NCBI RefSeq assembly: GCF_006345805.1
Contig: NC_042998.1
Span: 186,744,001 to 186,808,000 of the forward strand
Direction of reading: 5' to 3'
Source of the DNA: Octopus sinensis
Lineage: Eukaryota
DNA: 64,000 nt
Positions 27,171-40,483 of this stretch are shown here, in pieces. Under the pieces are notes generated by a model. The model saw only the letters and a list, made by a program, of their open reading frames with translations. It did no database searches and was not told the DNA's origin. The translations under genes were made by a program, and so were the position numbers. Within the stretch, counting starts at the first letter, position 1, and the number at the start of each line of letters is the position of its first letter.

Positions 27171-27233
27171 TTGTTTTTGTTGTTGTTGTTGTTGATGATG
27201 ATGATGATGATGGTGATGATGGTGATGATGATG

Positions 27234-27265
<32 letters not shown>

Positions 27266-27285
27266 GATGATGATGAGGATGATGG

Positions 27286-27338
<53 letters not shown>

Positions 27339-27378
27339 GTGATGATGATGGTGATGATGATGATGATGAGGATGATGG

Positions 27379-27416
<38 letters not shown>
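26980..27416. repeat. Compound (GGT)n(GTT)n(GAT)n repeat
   Basis: Visible directly. Confidence 0.97.
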
Positions 27417-27766
27417 CTTTCTGTACTTCGTATCTCGACCACATCAACTAGCGGTGAGAAAATAATGTTATAACGGCAGTTTCCAGCAGCTGTCATTTCC
27501 ATCGATTTGAGAAACCATATTTATTCTTTTTTGTTTAAAAATATTAGCTTATCAATTTTAAATACAAAAAAAAAAAAAAATTCGCTCTTAGGGCGAATTC
27601 TCGCCAGAGCAACTCACCTCCCTTGCAGCAAGCTGAGTTATTTATTTAATAGTTCAAACAAAATTTGGAATACCAACCAACTAATTAAATAATAACTTTT
27701 AAAGGAAATTACGAATCGTGAACAAGCGTCCTCTTGACCCAGACATGAATAATAATGATAATAATA

Positions 27767-27905
<139 letters not shown>

Positions 27906-27907
27906 TG

Positions 27908-27950
<43 letters not shown>

Positions 27951-27954
27951 TAAT

Positions 27955-29421
27955 GGTTTAGGTCAATACCAAGAGAATTGTGTTGCAATTAGATAATTGC
28001 CTACAGAGCGGTACAGTCCCAGAGTGGATGGTAGAGGGAAGAACAACATTCTTAATGAAAGATCAGCCAAAGGGCAATGAGGATGGCAAATACCGACCCA
28101 TTGCTTGTCTTAACCTCCTATGGAAAGTATTAACAGGTAGCCTCGCAGGAAAATTACATACGTTCCTTGCGGGGAACAACCTTCTGCCAGAAGGACAAAA
28201 GGGATGCCGAAAAGGATCCAAGGGCACCAAGGACCACCTTGAGATAGACAAGGTTATAATGAATAACTGTAAACGGTACCAAAACAATTTATGCATGGCC
28301 TGGATAGACTTCAAAAAGGCTTACGACATGTTGCCGCATTCGTGGATTTGGAAAACATTCGACATGTGTAGAATAACTAAGAATGTGTGTGCACTGATTA
28401 AGAACAGCATGCCTAGTTGGAAAACGCGTCTTTCCTGTAACAACCAGCATTTAGCCGAGGTAACGATCGGAAGCGGTATCTTCCAAGGAGATTCTTGTTC
28501 ACCTCTGTTATTTGTTGTAGCTTTGATCCCACTTTCTGTAGTCCTACATAAAATCAAAGTGCAGTATGAGCTGACAAAGAACGGACCTCGTCTCAACCAT
28601 CTTCTCTCTTCATGGATGATTTAAAACTGTTCGCAAAATCAGAGCCTGAAATGGAGAGGCAGGTTGAGACTGTTAAAATGTGCAGCAAGGATTTAGGGAT
28701 GGAATTCGGTATCTCGAAGTGGGTGGTGCTTACTTTGAAGCGGGGGGAAAGAGTAAATTGTAGGGGCATAGAATTGCCAAACGGAGAGAGAATGGAAAAT
28801 CCGAATGATGATGGGTACAAGTACCTTGGGAGCTGGACTATATCACGCACAGAGAAATGAAAGACAAGGTCACCACTGCATATTTCAAGCGTATCAAACT
28901 TCTCTAGAAATCGAAGCTCAACTTAAGGAACCTTGTGACTGCCATCAACATATGGGCTGTTGCTTTAGTCTGCTATAGTGCACCCATCCTGAGATGGACA
29001 CAAGCAGAGATTGACCAACTCGATCGCACTACCCGAAAGACAATGACATTGCATGGTGCCCTCCACCCTAAGGCAAATGTTCACAGGCTCTACATGAAGA
29101 GAGGTAAGAGTGTACGTGGGTTGATTAGTGTACAGGAGTGGACAACAGTGAAAGCAGAAACATGGCAGAATATTTGGTAAACAACAAAGAAGACCTGTTA
29201 TAGTATGCTGCTAGTGCAGAAGGAGTTAACAAAAATGAACTGGAGAGTGCTCATGAATTCCGAACAAGAACAGCCAACGAGAGAGAAGAAACCCTACTCC
29301 GTATGGAATTACATGGTCAGTTCCACCATGAAACCAATAAATAGAAAGACCAGGAATCATCATGGAGGTAGATTAACAAGGATGTCCCAAAAAGAATACT
29401 GAAAGCCTTTTTAAGTTTCAA

Positions 29422-29486
<65 letters not shown>

Positions 29487-30140
29487 AGGAAAGTGTGACT
29501 TACATTGTTCGTGCTTGTGAAAATCTTGCGCAGAAAGAGTACAAGCGTAGACATGGCAAAGTAGCCCCAAACCTCCACTGGCTACTAAGCTATAAGTATG
29601 GAAATGAGGTTACGGGTGCTTGGTACCAACATACACCGGAAAAGGCAATGGACGAAAAGGGGAAGGCAAAAATCCCCTGGGGCTTTGATTTCCAGACAGA
29701 CAAACTGTTAGAGCACCGAAGACCGGATATAGTAGCCTTTAGGAGGAACAAACAAGAGTGCCTAACAATCGACGTAGCAGTGCCAGGAGATCAACACTTT
29801 ATCATGAAAGAAAGAGAAAAAGTTGATAAATATGGAGACGTGAAAATTAAGATCGCTAAGATGTGGCAGCTACGAAAGTCGAACATAAAGATTATCCCTA
29901 TTGTCATCGGAGCATTGGGTTCAATACCACCCAATCTGAAAAAACATCTGAAAACCTTAGAAACACCCTACAATCTAGATGTATTGCAAAAGTCGGCATT
30001 ACTTGGAACTGCACGCATATTGCATAAAGTACTGTCTGTCTGAGGTCCTTGTTGAGACTTGACAAACAGTACAAACACCCCGGTAGATACAATATCATGA
30101 TATTATATACTGTGCGACGTCTATAATGATGATGATGATG
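27955..30140 (+). mobile_element. 5'-truncated R4/Dong LINE (RT plus RLE) in a (TAA)n tract
   Basis: RT motifs YRPIACLN, WIDFKKAYD, GIFQGDSCSPLLF, FMDDLKLF and YKYLG. RLE motifs RRPDIV..IDVA, EREKVDKY and PIVIGALG. Frameshifted. (TAA)n at 27748-27953 upstream and a TAA/TGA tail downstream. Confidence 0.95.
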
Positions 30141-30548
30141 ATGAGGATAAAAATTCTATAGGGACAATGCCTAAAATTTTGGATGTAGGGACTGGAACGT
30201 ATTGTGGATGAAAGGCGAAGTGACTTTCGGCGGAATTTGAATTCAGGATTAAAGATGGACGAAAAGCCACTAAGCATTTTCCCGGCGTACAAATGATTCT
30301 GCCAGCTCGTGTATGTATGTATACGTACATACATACACACATTTCTTTTCTTTGAAGCATAGTTTACTGCCAATGTTTGTTTTCATCTCGAACAAATAGT
30401 TGAACGAAAATGCGAAATTTGTGAGACGAAGAAACTTGACAGCGAGCAAGTAATAAAAATTCATCAGATACATTTTTTAAAATCCGCATGCGCGCGCATG
30501 TGTGTGTATGTATGTGTATGTATGTATACGTGCGCGTGTGTGTGCATA

Positions 30549-30584
<36 letters not shown>

Positions 30585-31194
30585 GAGAAGAGGGAATTAG
30601 AGAAAACAAATTATCTTTTTAATTTTTTTTTTTTTTTTCGTTTCCCCCCCCCCCCAAGATAAAACGTAACAACGGGAAATGACACCGTCTCGAAGAACTG
30701 AGTGGTGACGTTGGAATGCAAACATAAACACGAAACTCCAATGTTGATATTTCAATCTTGTGAAAGATTTATAGAAAGAAAAAAAAGGCTGTGAAATTAC
30801 CAGTGGCAATTTTACTATCTCTATAATAAATAAAGAACCCGATTCGCAATACAATGGTTGTGGTAGTCGTCAACGTTGACACGCCTTCTTGAAAAGGTTT
30901 CATCGACATACATTATGTTTTATTAATGACTTCAGATTCCTTTCACAGTTTATATTTCAAAAATAATTTGTATTCTATTTTGCTAGCCCTAAACGGGTTG
31001 GCCTATATAAATAGTATTAGCTTCAAAAAGAATGAAACCTAGATTAATTCATTTTTATGCTTTGCCGCATAAATTAAGTAATACTTCTTGGTTCATAGAA
31101 CACGAATTCGTGTCAGAAAAAATACGTATAGTACTCTATGTTCTTTGGCAATCTAATTAACTTTGTTGGTTGTTTGGCTTGGAATTTAACTAAA

Positions 31195-31611
31195 CTAGCA
31201 GTATAGCCCAGCGTTGCTCGGGTTTGTTTTCTTTTCGACCCTTTAGAATTGGAATTTTTGAAAAATTTTGCATTGGAATTTTGAAAAATTTTGCATTATG
31301 TAGCTTGTTATTTTCTTTAAGTGAACATTTTTCTGGTTAAAATACACCGAAAAATGGCGACACAGCAGTTAAAAAATCGTAAAAAAATAGGGATTTTCAT
31401 AGAAAAAAAAGCACCTTTTTGAAATAAATAATTTTTGGTCTTAACATGGTCCGATTTGAATTTTATCTTCTACGGAATGAAGAACAAGCCTTCTTCTATC
31501 ATACTCTCAATTTTGGTCAACTTGCGCCGCAGGGTCTCGGAGGAGATAGTGTTAGTTGAAGGCTACCAAATCTGCCACACACACAGACAACTTCAGCTTT
31601 ATATATATAGA
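31195..31611 (-). mobile_element. Non-autonomous Helitron
   Basis: Minus strand A|TCTATATATATAAAG ... CCCGAGCAACGCTGGG hairpin ... CTAG|T. Confidence 0.8.
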
Positions 31612-32208
31612 TTAGGGAAACAGTATAGCCGCTTGTAAGACTTCATTCAGAATCACAGCGATGTTGAGTTTGTGTAGAAACTGCACTATAACTTTTCCAG
31701 CTGTGCGGAACGTTTCTGCTAATCTTAACCTCAATCGAGAAGTATTGGTTACAAATTTAACGACACTTGAAACAGATTATATGAAACATTTTATGAAACA
31801 GATTTTATATCAGTCATAGGTAAATTTCAGGACTTTCTGAATGGCACGCCTAACGAAAAATTATCTTAGATTTTTTTAGTAGTTTGGCCCGCATGATGAT
31901 GAACCATTTCTCATGAGGCTCACTTCCAGAGTTGTCTACCGTGCTTGTAAGAATAATCGGAACAATAATGGTCATTGACTCATCGTTGAATAAATCATTT
32001 TAGTACTGTATCTCGAAATGAATGCTAATTTTTTTTTAATTGCTTGTAATATATCCGGTTTAAAACCCCCATGGATGTAGAGGGGAGCCGATGACTACTT
32101 GCGGAACTCGAACCACTCATTTGTTGTATTCAATACAGATGTACTAAGCCAATTACAGTAAAATGATTTCTGATATCTTTTCTGTCAAACTTGAGGATTT
32201 GATCTTAC

Positions 32209-32282
32209 AAGGGAGAATGCAAGTCTGGCTACATTTTTAGAACTTATTTGAAGAAACTTCGACATGTTGATAAGAAAATCAG
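32209..32282 (-). CDS. Candidate internal exon (DFLINMSKFLQISSKNVARLAFSL)
   Basis: AG acceptor, GTAAGA donor, open frame, phase-compatible with 33152-33234. Confidence 0.3.
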
Positions 32283-33151
32283 CTTAACGATGTATTTTAA
32301 AGTGAATACCGCAATAAATAGTAATATGTAATATATTGGTTTCAAATTTTGGCACAAGGCCAGCAATTTCAGTAATCAACTTATCCCTCCCTTAAAACTG
32401 CTGACCTTGTGCTAAAATTTGAAATCATTTCATTGAGCTGAAAATATTTTCGATGGAAAATAAGCCTAACGGGACTCGAACTACACACTTTCTGTGGTAT
32501 CTTTTCCTCATCAATAATATTTCCACTTAATTTTTTTACTTCTGGTTGCATTGTAACACTAACTTGACTATCATTTTTACAACGGATGACGTCCCTGGGT
32601 AAACTGTTTCAGTAATTTATCTCCCCAAACCTGTTAATTTTTATGCCTATTTGTGTAGATAATTTTATATCACTTAAAGATTATGCCACCATTATTTCAG
32701 TAAGTACGGTAAAATCTATATTTAGATGACGAAGATTAATAACGTCTAAATATGTCTTGAGTTGTCTCCCGTACTAATATAATATTGTATTTTTTCACTG
32801 CGTTATTTTTTCCAATTATCTCATTAATTCTCCCGATATCTGTTGTGATTGCACTAAACTGACTTTCATATATTCAGGTTGGCATTAGTCATTTAATCTG
32901 TTAGTACATGTTGCTCTATGTAGTCCAGGAATTGTATGTTGCTATGGAATTTTATTCATATAATTATCATATCGTTCCTTGAAAATATGATATGAGATGT
33001 TTATTTTGATTGTATCAGAAAACAGAATATGACACTGGTATAAGTTACTGCATTTTGACCTATATTTTCATCTGCACCTTTAGATTTGAGCGATAAAATT
33101 AATATGTAGCTGAAAGCGATGAGACGTTGAACAGAGAAACGGAACGTTTAC

Positions 33152-33234
33152 ATTCTATCTTTTGGAAGAGGACCTTTGAACATTTAGCATCTTTTTCCAT
33201 GGGAATGTTGATGTGGTGTACTTTTATTTCTTGC
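33152..33234 (-). CDS. Candidate internal exon (QEIKVHHINIPMEKDAKCSKVLFQKIE)
   Basis: TTTCAG acceptor, GTAAAC donor, open frame. Confidence 0.28.
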
Positions 33235-33693
33235 CTGAAATATTTTCTGAATGATAGCCTGGTTTCTTATACATGACATTACTCTTCGGTTTTTCAACTA
33301 AACCAATTCCAGTTACAGGGCGTATTTATTTCATAACAAGACAGATACTCCATCTGTTTCAGTAACAGCATCTAAAGTATGGAGTTTACGTGAATTTCAC
33401 AGGATTATGAAAAGAGTTCAATATGTCTAAGAAATTATTAATTCTCTTTGAAAATGGAGGTTTCTTTATACTAATGATATACTTTTACATTGGTTTGTAA
33501 TACGTGTATAAGACGAGTATGAATCGTTTGCTCAGCGCTTCAACAAAAGATTTTGGTGATGACTTCAAAATTGCTTCTGTCAGAGTTTACAAAATGCGTG
33601 TAAGAATTGATTGTCCTAATTCTGTTCATGTTCAGACACCAGCAATTCCTAGAATCTGATTTAATAAAAAGAATCTGTCTGTCTGTCTATCTG

Positions 33694-33805
<112 letters not shown>

Positions 33806-33812
33806 TCTCACA

Positions 33813-33850
<38 letters not shown>

Positions 33851-34049
33851 GACACACACACATACGCGCTCGCACACACGTATTGCATTAAAATAGGCAT
33901 ATATGTATCGTACTTAATATAAATACATCGCTTATAGCAAATTTACTGCGGTATTCATGATATCAGTCAATAAGAGATGTTTTCGGAAGAATACTGCAGT
34001 AAATTTGCTTTAAGCGATGTATTTACATTAGGTATTTTAAATAGACAGT

Positions 34050-34081
<32 letters not shown>

Positions 34082-34126
34082 CTCTCTCCTCTCTCTCCCT
34101 CTCTCTCTCTCTCTCTCCCTCTCCAC

Positions 34127-34184
<58 letters not shown>

Positions 34185-34358
34185 GTTTATATATTTGTTT
34201 TGCAAGAATATTGATGTGAAATCGTGTGTTGAAGCTGATGTTGTTGTATTTAGGAATGGTCATTTTGCCAGTTTAGCCAATAAAAACACACGCACTATAT
34301 ATTTGGTGTTAATTTGCTTCAGCTTTATCTATTTTTTACATTAATCTTAATCTTATTT

Positions 34359-34404
34359 CGGCCAGAGTTCTTTCGTCACACTCCTGTGACCTCATCAGTG
34401 GTCC
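34359..34404 (-). ncRNA. Minimal type I hammerhead ribozyme
   Basis: GGACCA CUGAUGA G GUCACA-GGAG-UGUGAC GAAA GAAC UC^ UGGCCG. It has a 6-bp helix II, one extra G after A9 and helix I CCA/UGG. Confidence 0.75.
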
Positions 34405-34959
34405 TTTGATTTCTTCTTTCTTATTTGTGTGTCTCTCCTTACTAACGATCAGCCATTTTGTATTTTGTATTCCTATTGTATGTGTTTTTATTTGCGCATT
34501 CGTATACTCCTATGTGTATCTATGTTTAGTTAGTGTGTGTGTGTGGGGGGGGGGATGGAAGTGCCTATAATATTAGTATCTCCTGTTTATACACGTTCAT
34601 GTAATTTGTTTTTTGTTTATTTTGTTCGTGTGTTTACACCTATTTATTATTATTTTTTTGTATTTAATTAATTTTTAAAAATTTTGTTAATGTATATAGT
34701 TATTTAATTCCCTTTGTTTATCTGTGTATTTTATTATATATATATATATATATATAATATATATATATATATATACAAGATAAGAAAATGGAGAAATTTG
34801 TGGTAAACCATTTTACCTTTGCCCATATAGTACAGTAAATGAATTGATTGCATCGCAATCATTAACATTTATGTATTAACTTTGTTGGGTACTTCACTAG
34901 CAGTATATTGGATATATGTCATCCCATGGAGGGTTGCATTTACAACCCCTATCTCAATT

Positions 34960-35021
<62 letters not shown>

Positions 35022-35719
35022 ATATATATATAACCTGAGAAAGGTTACGAATACAGTATTTCGTCCTCTGACTAAACTATCAGAAAAAGACAAATATCGG
35101 AAAGAAATACAATAGTTGATATAGAAACTATTACATCGTAAGGAACTTATTAATTATATCACATCCTCTTAATGAATAAAAGAAAATTACGTTTCTAGCT
35201 AAAAAAAGAAAGAAAGAAAGAATAAATTACTTCAATACTTCAATAAATCCAACGTTTATGATTCCTACGCATTACACATGTCTGTTTATTATGAGTAACA
35301 TGGTTGTTGGTAAATTAAATAAAAGAAATCCAGAGCATTATCTGAAAAAGATACCATTGTTGAAAGTGAAGAAAATATCAGGAGATAAAACATTCTTAAA
35401 TAGAAATAAAAAATATATAACCATAACGTAAAAGGGCAATTATCATTTACATTATCGTTAAATAGAGTATTCATATTTAGTATGTATGACATTTATACTA
35501 TGATCCACATTGTAATATTACTCTGAAATCAATTGCAAATACATTTGATATTTAAATGAGACTCGAATGAAGTGAAGCAGAATGAGTGAAGGGCATTTCC
35601 GGTGAGCTGTTCTCTCTACAAAATTAACGTAGATAATCTAAAGAAGAAAGATTTACAGTATGAATTTGGAACAAACAGTTTATTTTAGTCACTTAAGTTA
35701 TTTATTCCAAATTTGAACT

Positions 35720-36169
35720 GGGATCTTTTCGGTTCGAACGGCAGTTTTTTAAAATAATTTCCACGTAACTAAACACTTTTAAACTTCGTATACTGGTAGA
35801 ATGTGTTTATAAAACATCTTTTTCTCTTGGCTTTATTGAGAAAATTCTATAGTTTGTAAGATATTTGTTGTTCTTTTTTTTCTTCAATTTCTGCAATTTC
35901 AACTAATCAATGACGTCTAATTGAGGTGAAAACATTCTGTGTCGTATGAAAATGTCTCTCGTTTAAGAAACAGATTGGGTTTATTTACATTTCTGAAGAA
36001 AAAAGATACCCTTCCCCCTACCCATAACCCTAGCCCTAACCCTAACCCTAACTAACCCTAACCCTAAAACAGATTGAAATGCAATAGATCGATACTAGGG
36101 TCATAATTATGGGTGACAATTTCATATGACACCGCTAGAAAAAACTGCCATTCAAACCGAAAAGATCCC
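35720..36169. mobile_element. Unclassified MITE with 6-bp TSD and internal (CCCTAA)n
   Basis: TIRs GGGATCTTTTCGGTTCGAACGGCAGTTTTTT and AAAAAACTGCCATTCAAACCGAAAAGATCCC. TSD TGAACT on both sides. Confidence 0.85.
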
Positions 36170-36223
36170 TGAACTGTATAACTTTGTTCATTACTATATC
36201 TGCGTAGACACACAAAACCTCAC

Positions 36224-36360
36224 AACCATCTCCAACGAATCTATTATCCAGCGTTCAAAAGTCAGAGTACCCGATTCTTTTTGTTGTGCTCCACCGAATT
36301 TTATTTTCGTAAGGGCTACTACAGCCCGCCGGTGCTGCTTCCCCTTTGTTTGGATGTATG
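36224..36360 (-). CDS. Candidate internal exon (YIQTKGKQHRRAVVALTKIKFGGAQQKESGTLTFERWIID...)
   Basis: Strong acceptor TTGTTGTTTTCAG, locally higher GC and an open frame. The donor is uncertain (GTGAGG at 36223). Confidence 0.3.
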
Positions 36361-36467
36361 CTGAAAACAACAATGTTCAACGCCTGAGTGCTTTGTACCT
36401 GCTTTTAGCTAATTATATATCGTCCATCAATTACGGAAAATGGATCCCAATGTAAACAAGATTAACC

Positions 36468-36698
36468 TATTTCTTAACTACCCACAAGGGGCTAAACACA
36501 GAGAGGACAAACAAGGACAGACAAACGGATTAAGTCGATTATATCGACCCCAGTGCGTAACTGGTACTTAATTTATCGACCTCCGAAAGGATGAAAGACA
36601 AAGTCGCCCTCGGCGGAATTTGAACTCAGAATGTAACGGCAGACGAAATACAGCTACGCATTTCGCCCGGCGTTCTAACGTTTCTGCCAGCTCGCCAA
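36468..36698 (-). mobile_element. SINE family B
   Basis: Reverse complement of the unit at 23659. Confidence 0.88.
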
Positions 36699-37279
36699 GA
36701 TGTGAAACATTGCACCAGAAAACCAAAATATTACATTGATGAAATAGAGGTGAAAATTGAAACATTATATTACGTGAGTATATCGTACTTATTTATGAAT
36801 ATTTTATACTTGATTTTAACTGAAAAAAAACTTATTCACTGAGCACAGCTAAACTACGAAGGGGAAAAAATTGTATCAAAATTTAACATTAAACTAGGGA
36901 TGCGACACGAGTGTGATTTATACATGAGTAAATACGGTAATAATATAAGTTCTTCAACAATTTATAACATTAAGAAACAAAAATTCTGGGTTATGCAACT
37001 TGTAGCTCATTCAGAAGCAAGGAAAAGTATTTATGTGCAGCAAATATAAAAAAGAAATTAATCAAAACTAGTACTGAATGCAGTATTTTTTAAGTGGTTA
37101 TTGCAAAGTGATTCGAGGTATGTGGAATTTAGGGACAACAGTCATTAAAAAGAGCAAGAAACTTTGAACTACAACATGGCGTTCAAAAAAAAAAAAAAAG
37201 AAAAAAGGAAAATTTCCGTTCCAACCACCCTGCAAAGTCGATTGATATTCAAAGCGAAATTAAAAGTTGCAATATTATT

Positions 37280-37618
37280 CTTTTATCTGTTTCAGTCACT
37301 TGACTGCGGCCATGCTGGAGCACCACCTTTAGTCGAACAATTCGAGCCCAGGTCTTTCTATCGGTTTTGTTTTGCCGAACCGCTATGTTATAGGAACGTG
37401 AACACACCAACATCGGTTGTCGAGCGACGGTGAGAGACATATATATATATATGCGATGGGTTTCTTTTAGTTTCCATCCACCAAATCCACTCACAAGGCT
37501 TTGGTCGACCCGAAGCTATAGTAGAAGACACTTGCCCAAGGTGCCACGCAGTGGGACTGAACCCAGTGCCATGTGGTTGGTAAGCAAGCTACTTACCAAA
37601 GAGCCACCCCTGCACCTA
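37280..37618 (-). mobile_element. SINE family A
   Basis: Reverse complement match to 10460-10920. Confidence 0.85.
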
Positions 37619-37796
37619 TAATAAAACTGTAATTAAATAATTGTAGATGTAAACTGCATTTATATCTCGCCTTGGTTAACTTTGCTTCTCATCTCTCTGG
37701 ACATGGATGTAGTGAATTACCAATTCAGTACTGGGTTCGCCCGTATCAAAACAGCCCTTTATTCTAAAATTGTTCGTCATATTCCAAAAAATTAGC

Positions 37797-37830
<34 letters not shown>

Positions 37831-38037
37831 TCACCGGAGAAATTGGTTGGTGGCATTCCTTCCGGTATCACGCTGAGTTCAAATTCCGCTGAGGTCCACT
37901 TTGCCTTTCGTCCTTTCAATGAAACAAGTACGAGTTGAACACTACGGTCAATGTAATCGACTTAGCCCCTTCCTTTTAGCCTTCTGCCAAAATTTAAAAT
38001 TATCATCATGATCATCATTATTATTATTATCATTATC

Positions 38038-38548
38038 ACCCAGAGACCTCAAGAGACAACAGGTTGGAACTCATGTTGTTGTTATGCCTAGTATGCCATA
38101 TATTTGGGGGGGGGGGTTGTGTTGTACTAGTGAATGTCTAAAAAAAAACAAAATTATATTTGTTTTAAACCTTGAGATTACATAGAAAGTATTCTGCGTA
38201 GGATATGAACAGTTCCCATGAGCACTGTCTTTTGAATTTCTGCCATTATTGGGTTTCCTGGTATCTGAGTTAGGTAGCAATCAGCCCCTTTTGCTATCAT
38301 TCCCAGGGCACCTATGACAACAGGTATTGTTTTAGTCTTCAGGTTCCACATTTTGCTGATTTCTATTTCAAGATCTTTATATTTGCTCATTTTTTGGTAG
38401 GTCTTGACAGATACGTTTATATCGATTGGGACAGTCATATCAATGAGGAGGCGTGTTCTTTGTCTGAAGTCTTTCAATATGATGTCTGGCCTATTTGCAT
38501 CTATCTTTCTGTCAGTTTGAATGGTGAAGTTCCAGAGGAGTGAGATGT
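38038..38548 (-). mobile_element. R4/Dong LINE 3' end (RLE)
   Basis: ORF 38178-38477 reads LLIDMTVP..KMSKYKDL..IPVVIGALG. Near-identical to 45350-45870 and flanked by (TTA)n. Confidence 0.9.
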
Positions 38549-39272
38549 TATTATTGTTATTATTATTATTACCTTTGCACAGCTTCTAAAGCTGGAGATG
38601 TACAACAGTGTCAGCTGTTCACTACCAGTGATCTAAGGTAACACCTCTATGTGCGCGACATGGTGATCTCATATCAAGATAAACAGCACATGCAGGTGGG
38701 GCTCATTTTCTTCTGGTCGAGTAATCCACCCTGCTCAAAAAGTCCCTGAATAAGGGTTGTTTATGGATGTTGAACGAAACACCTATGTTTCCAGAGGTGA
38801 ATTATTCAAACCCCAAAGAATCCCTCTCAACACATGGCTATGATGCTCCCCCACTACTTCTGCTCGTGATCAGAGATGCACATATCATCTACCTACTACA
38901 TCGCAAGGATTTATTGGCAAGAAACGAAAATCATACATTAAAAAATGTGACCTAAATTTATTGATCTTTGCGATATTCTCCCGTTTACTATCACTTAAAA
39001 TTTATTTTTCCATGTTTACAACTGGGTTAGTTTTGGTGCAACAAAGCAATCGATTTTCCCTTTCTAAAACTTCTCCCATCTCAGAATCTGTAGTTCAAAC
39101 GAAGATTTGGTGGAGGGAGAAATCCTGCTAATCAATACAGCCTTCGTAACGAGTGAGTGGTTAAATAATTGGCCTCCAGACTACAGAATTGTGAATTCAT
39201 ATCATGCCCTAGATAATTTGTTGAGTTGTGAATGAAGAATCTCTTGCCTTAATTTATTTGGATGTAGAGCTT

Positions 39273-39680
<408 letters not shown>

Positions 39681-39744
39681 GGGGGGACTGTAAAATGAAG
39701 AGTAGGCTGGTGATTAAAAGTGCTGAGAGATCGATCCAACTCAC

Positions 39745-39913
39745 AGAAGAAGGAATGAATGCTGACTGAGTAAAGAACTGACAGGCGTTACGGACTGAAA
39801 TGAAAACTGGCTGCAGTGTTATATAAACAGATGAATAATGGTGTATCTTCCAGCAAATAAACTTGTTGAAGTTTTTGTTGGATTGTTCGCTTCCGTATCT
39901 TTGCGCATAAAGT
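39745..39913 (-). CDS. Candidate internal exon ([28 protein letters not shown]...AFIPSS)
   Basis: TTGTTTAG acceptor and consensus GTGAGT donor. Only one of three frames is open across 169 nt. Confidence 0.4.
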
Positions 39914-40224
39914 CTAAACAATATGGTGGTGGTTCCGACGTTCACTCATGTATGAAAAGTATGAAATAGAGGGAGGAGAAGAAGACGGTACAATAAAGTG
40001 GGAACACACGCACACACACACACACACACACAACACACACACATACACATATAGTGTTTGTATGCGTGTTGTTGTAGTTGTTGTCCTTGTGTGTGTGTGT
40101 GTGTGTGTATGTGTTTGTGTGTGTGCGGTAGGCGCAGTAAAAAGTAACAGGGACGCATACATAGAAAAAGAAGATGGATAAGAGAGAAGGAGAAGGGGAG
40201 GAAGGGAGAGAGAGAGGGAGAGAA

Positions 40225-40452
40225 AGGAAGAAGAAGAAGATGATGATGATGAAGCAGGTGGAGGAGGATGAGGAGGAGGAGAAGAAGAAGAAGATGATGA
40301 TGATGATGATGAAGCAGGTGGAGGAGGAGGAGGAGAAGAAGAAGATGATGATGATGATGATGAAGCAAGTGGTGGAGGAGGAGGAGGAGGAGGAGAAGAA
40401 GATGATGATGATGATGATGAAGCAGGTGGAGGAGGAGAAGAAGAAGAAGAAG

Positions 40453-40482
<30 letters not shown>
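40225..40482. repeat. Higher-order compound repeat [(GAA)n(GAT)n GAAGCAGGTG (GAG)n] x4
   Basis: Four units visible directly. Confidence 0.9.

Positions 40483-40483
<1 letters not shown>

Noticed and set aside
35045-35098. CUGAUAG...GACGAAAUACUGUA on the minus strand
   Set aside because: Core is altered and helices are not supported.
36017-36067. Chromosome telomere or fusion relic
   Set aside because: Short, degenerate and inside a TIR element.
38570-38890. Repeat-like unit ending in (TAA)n on the minus strand, considered as a Dong 5' UTR or HDV-like ribozyme
   Set aside because: Single copy in the window and no HDV double pseudoknot could be built.
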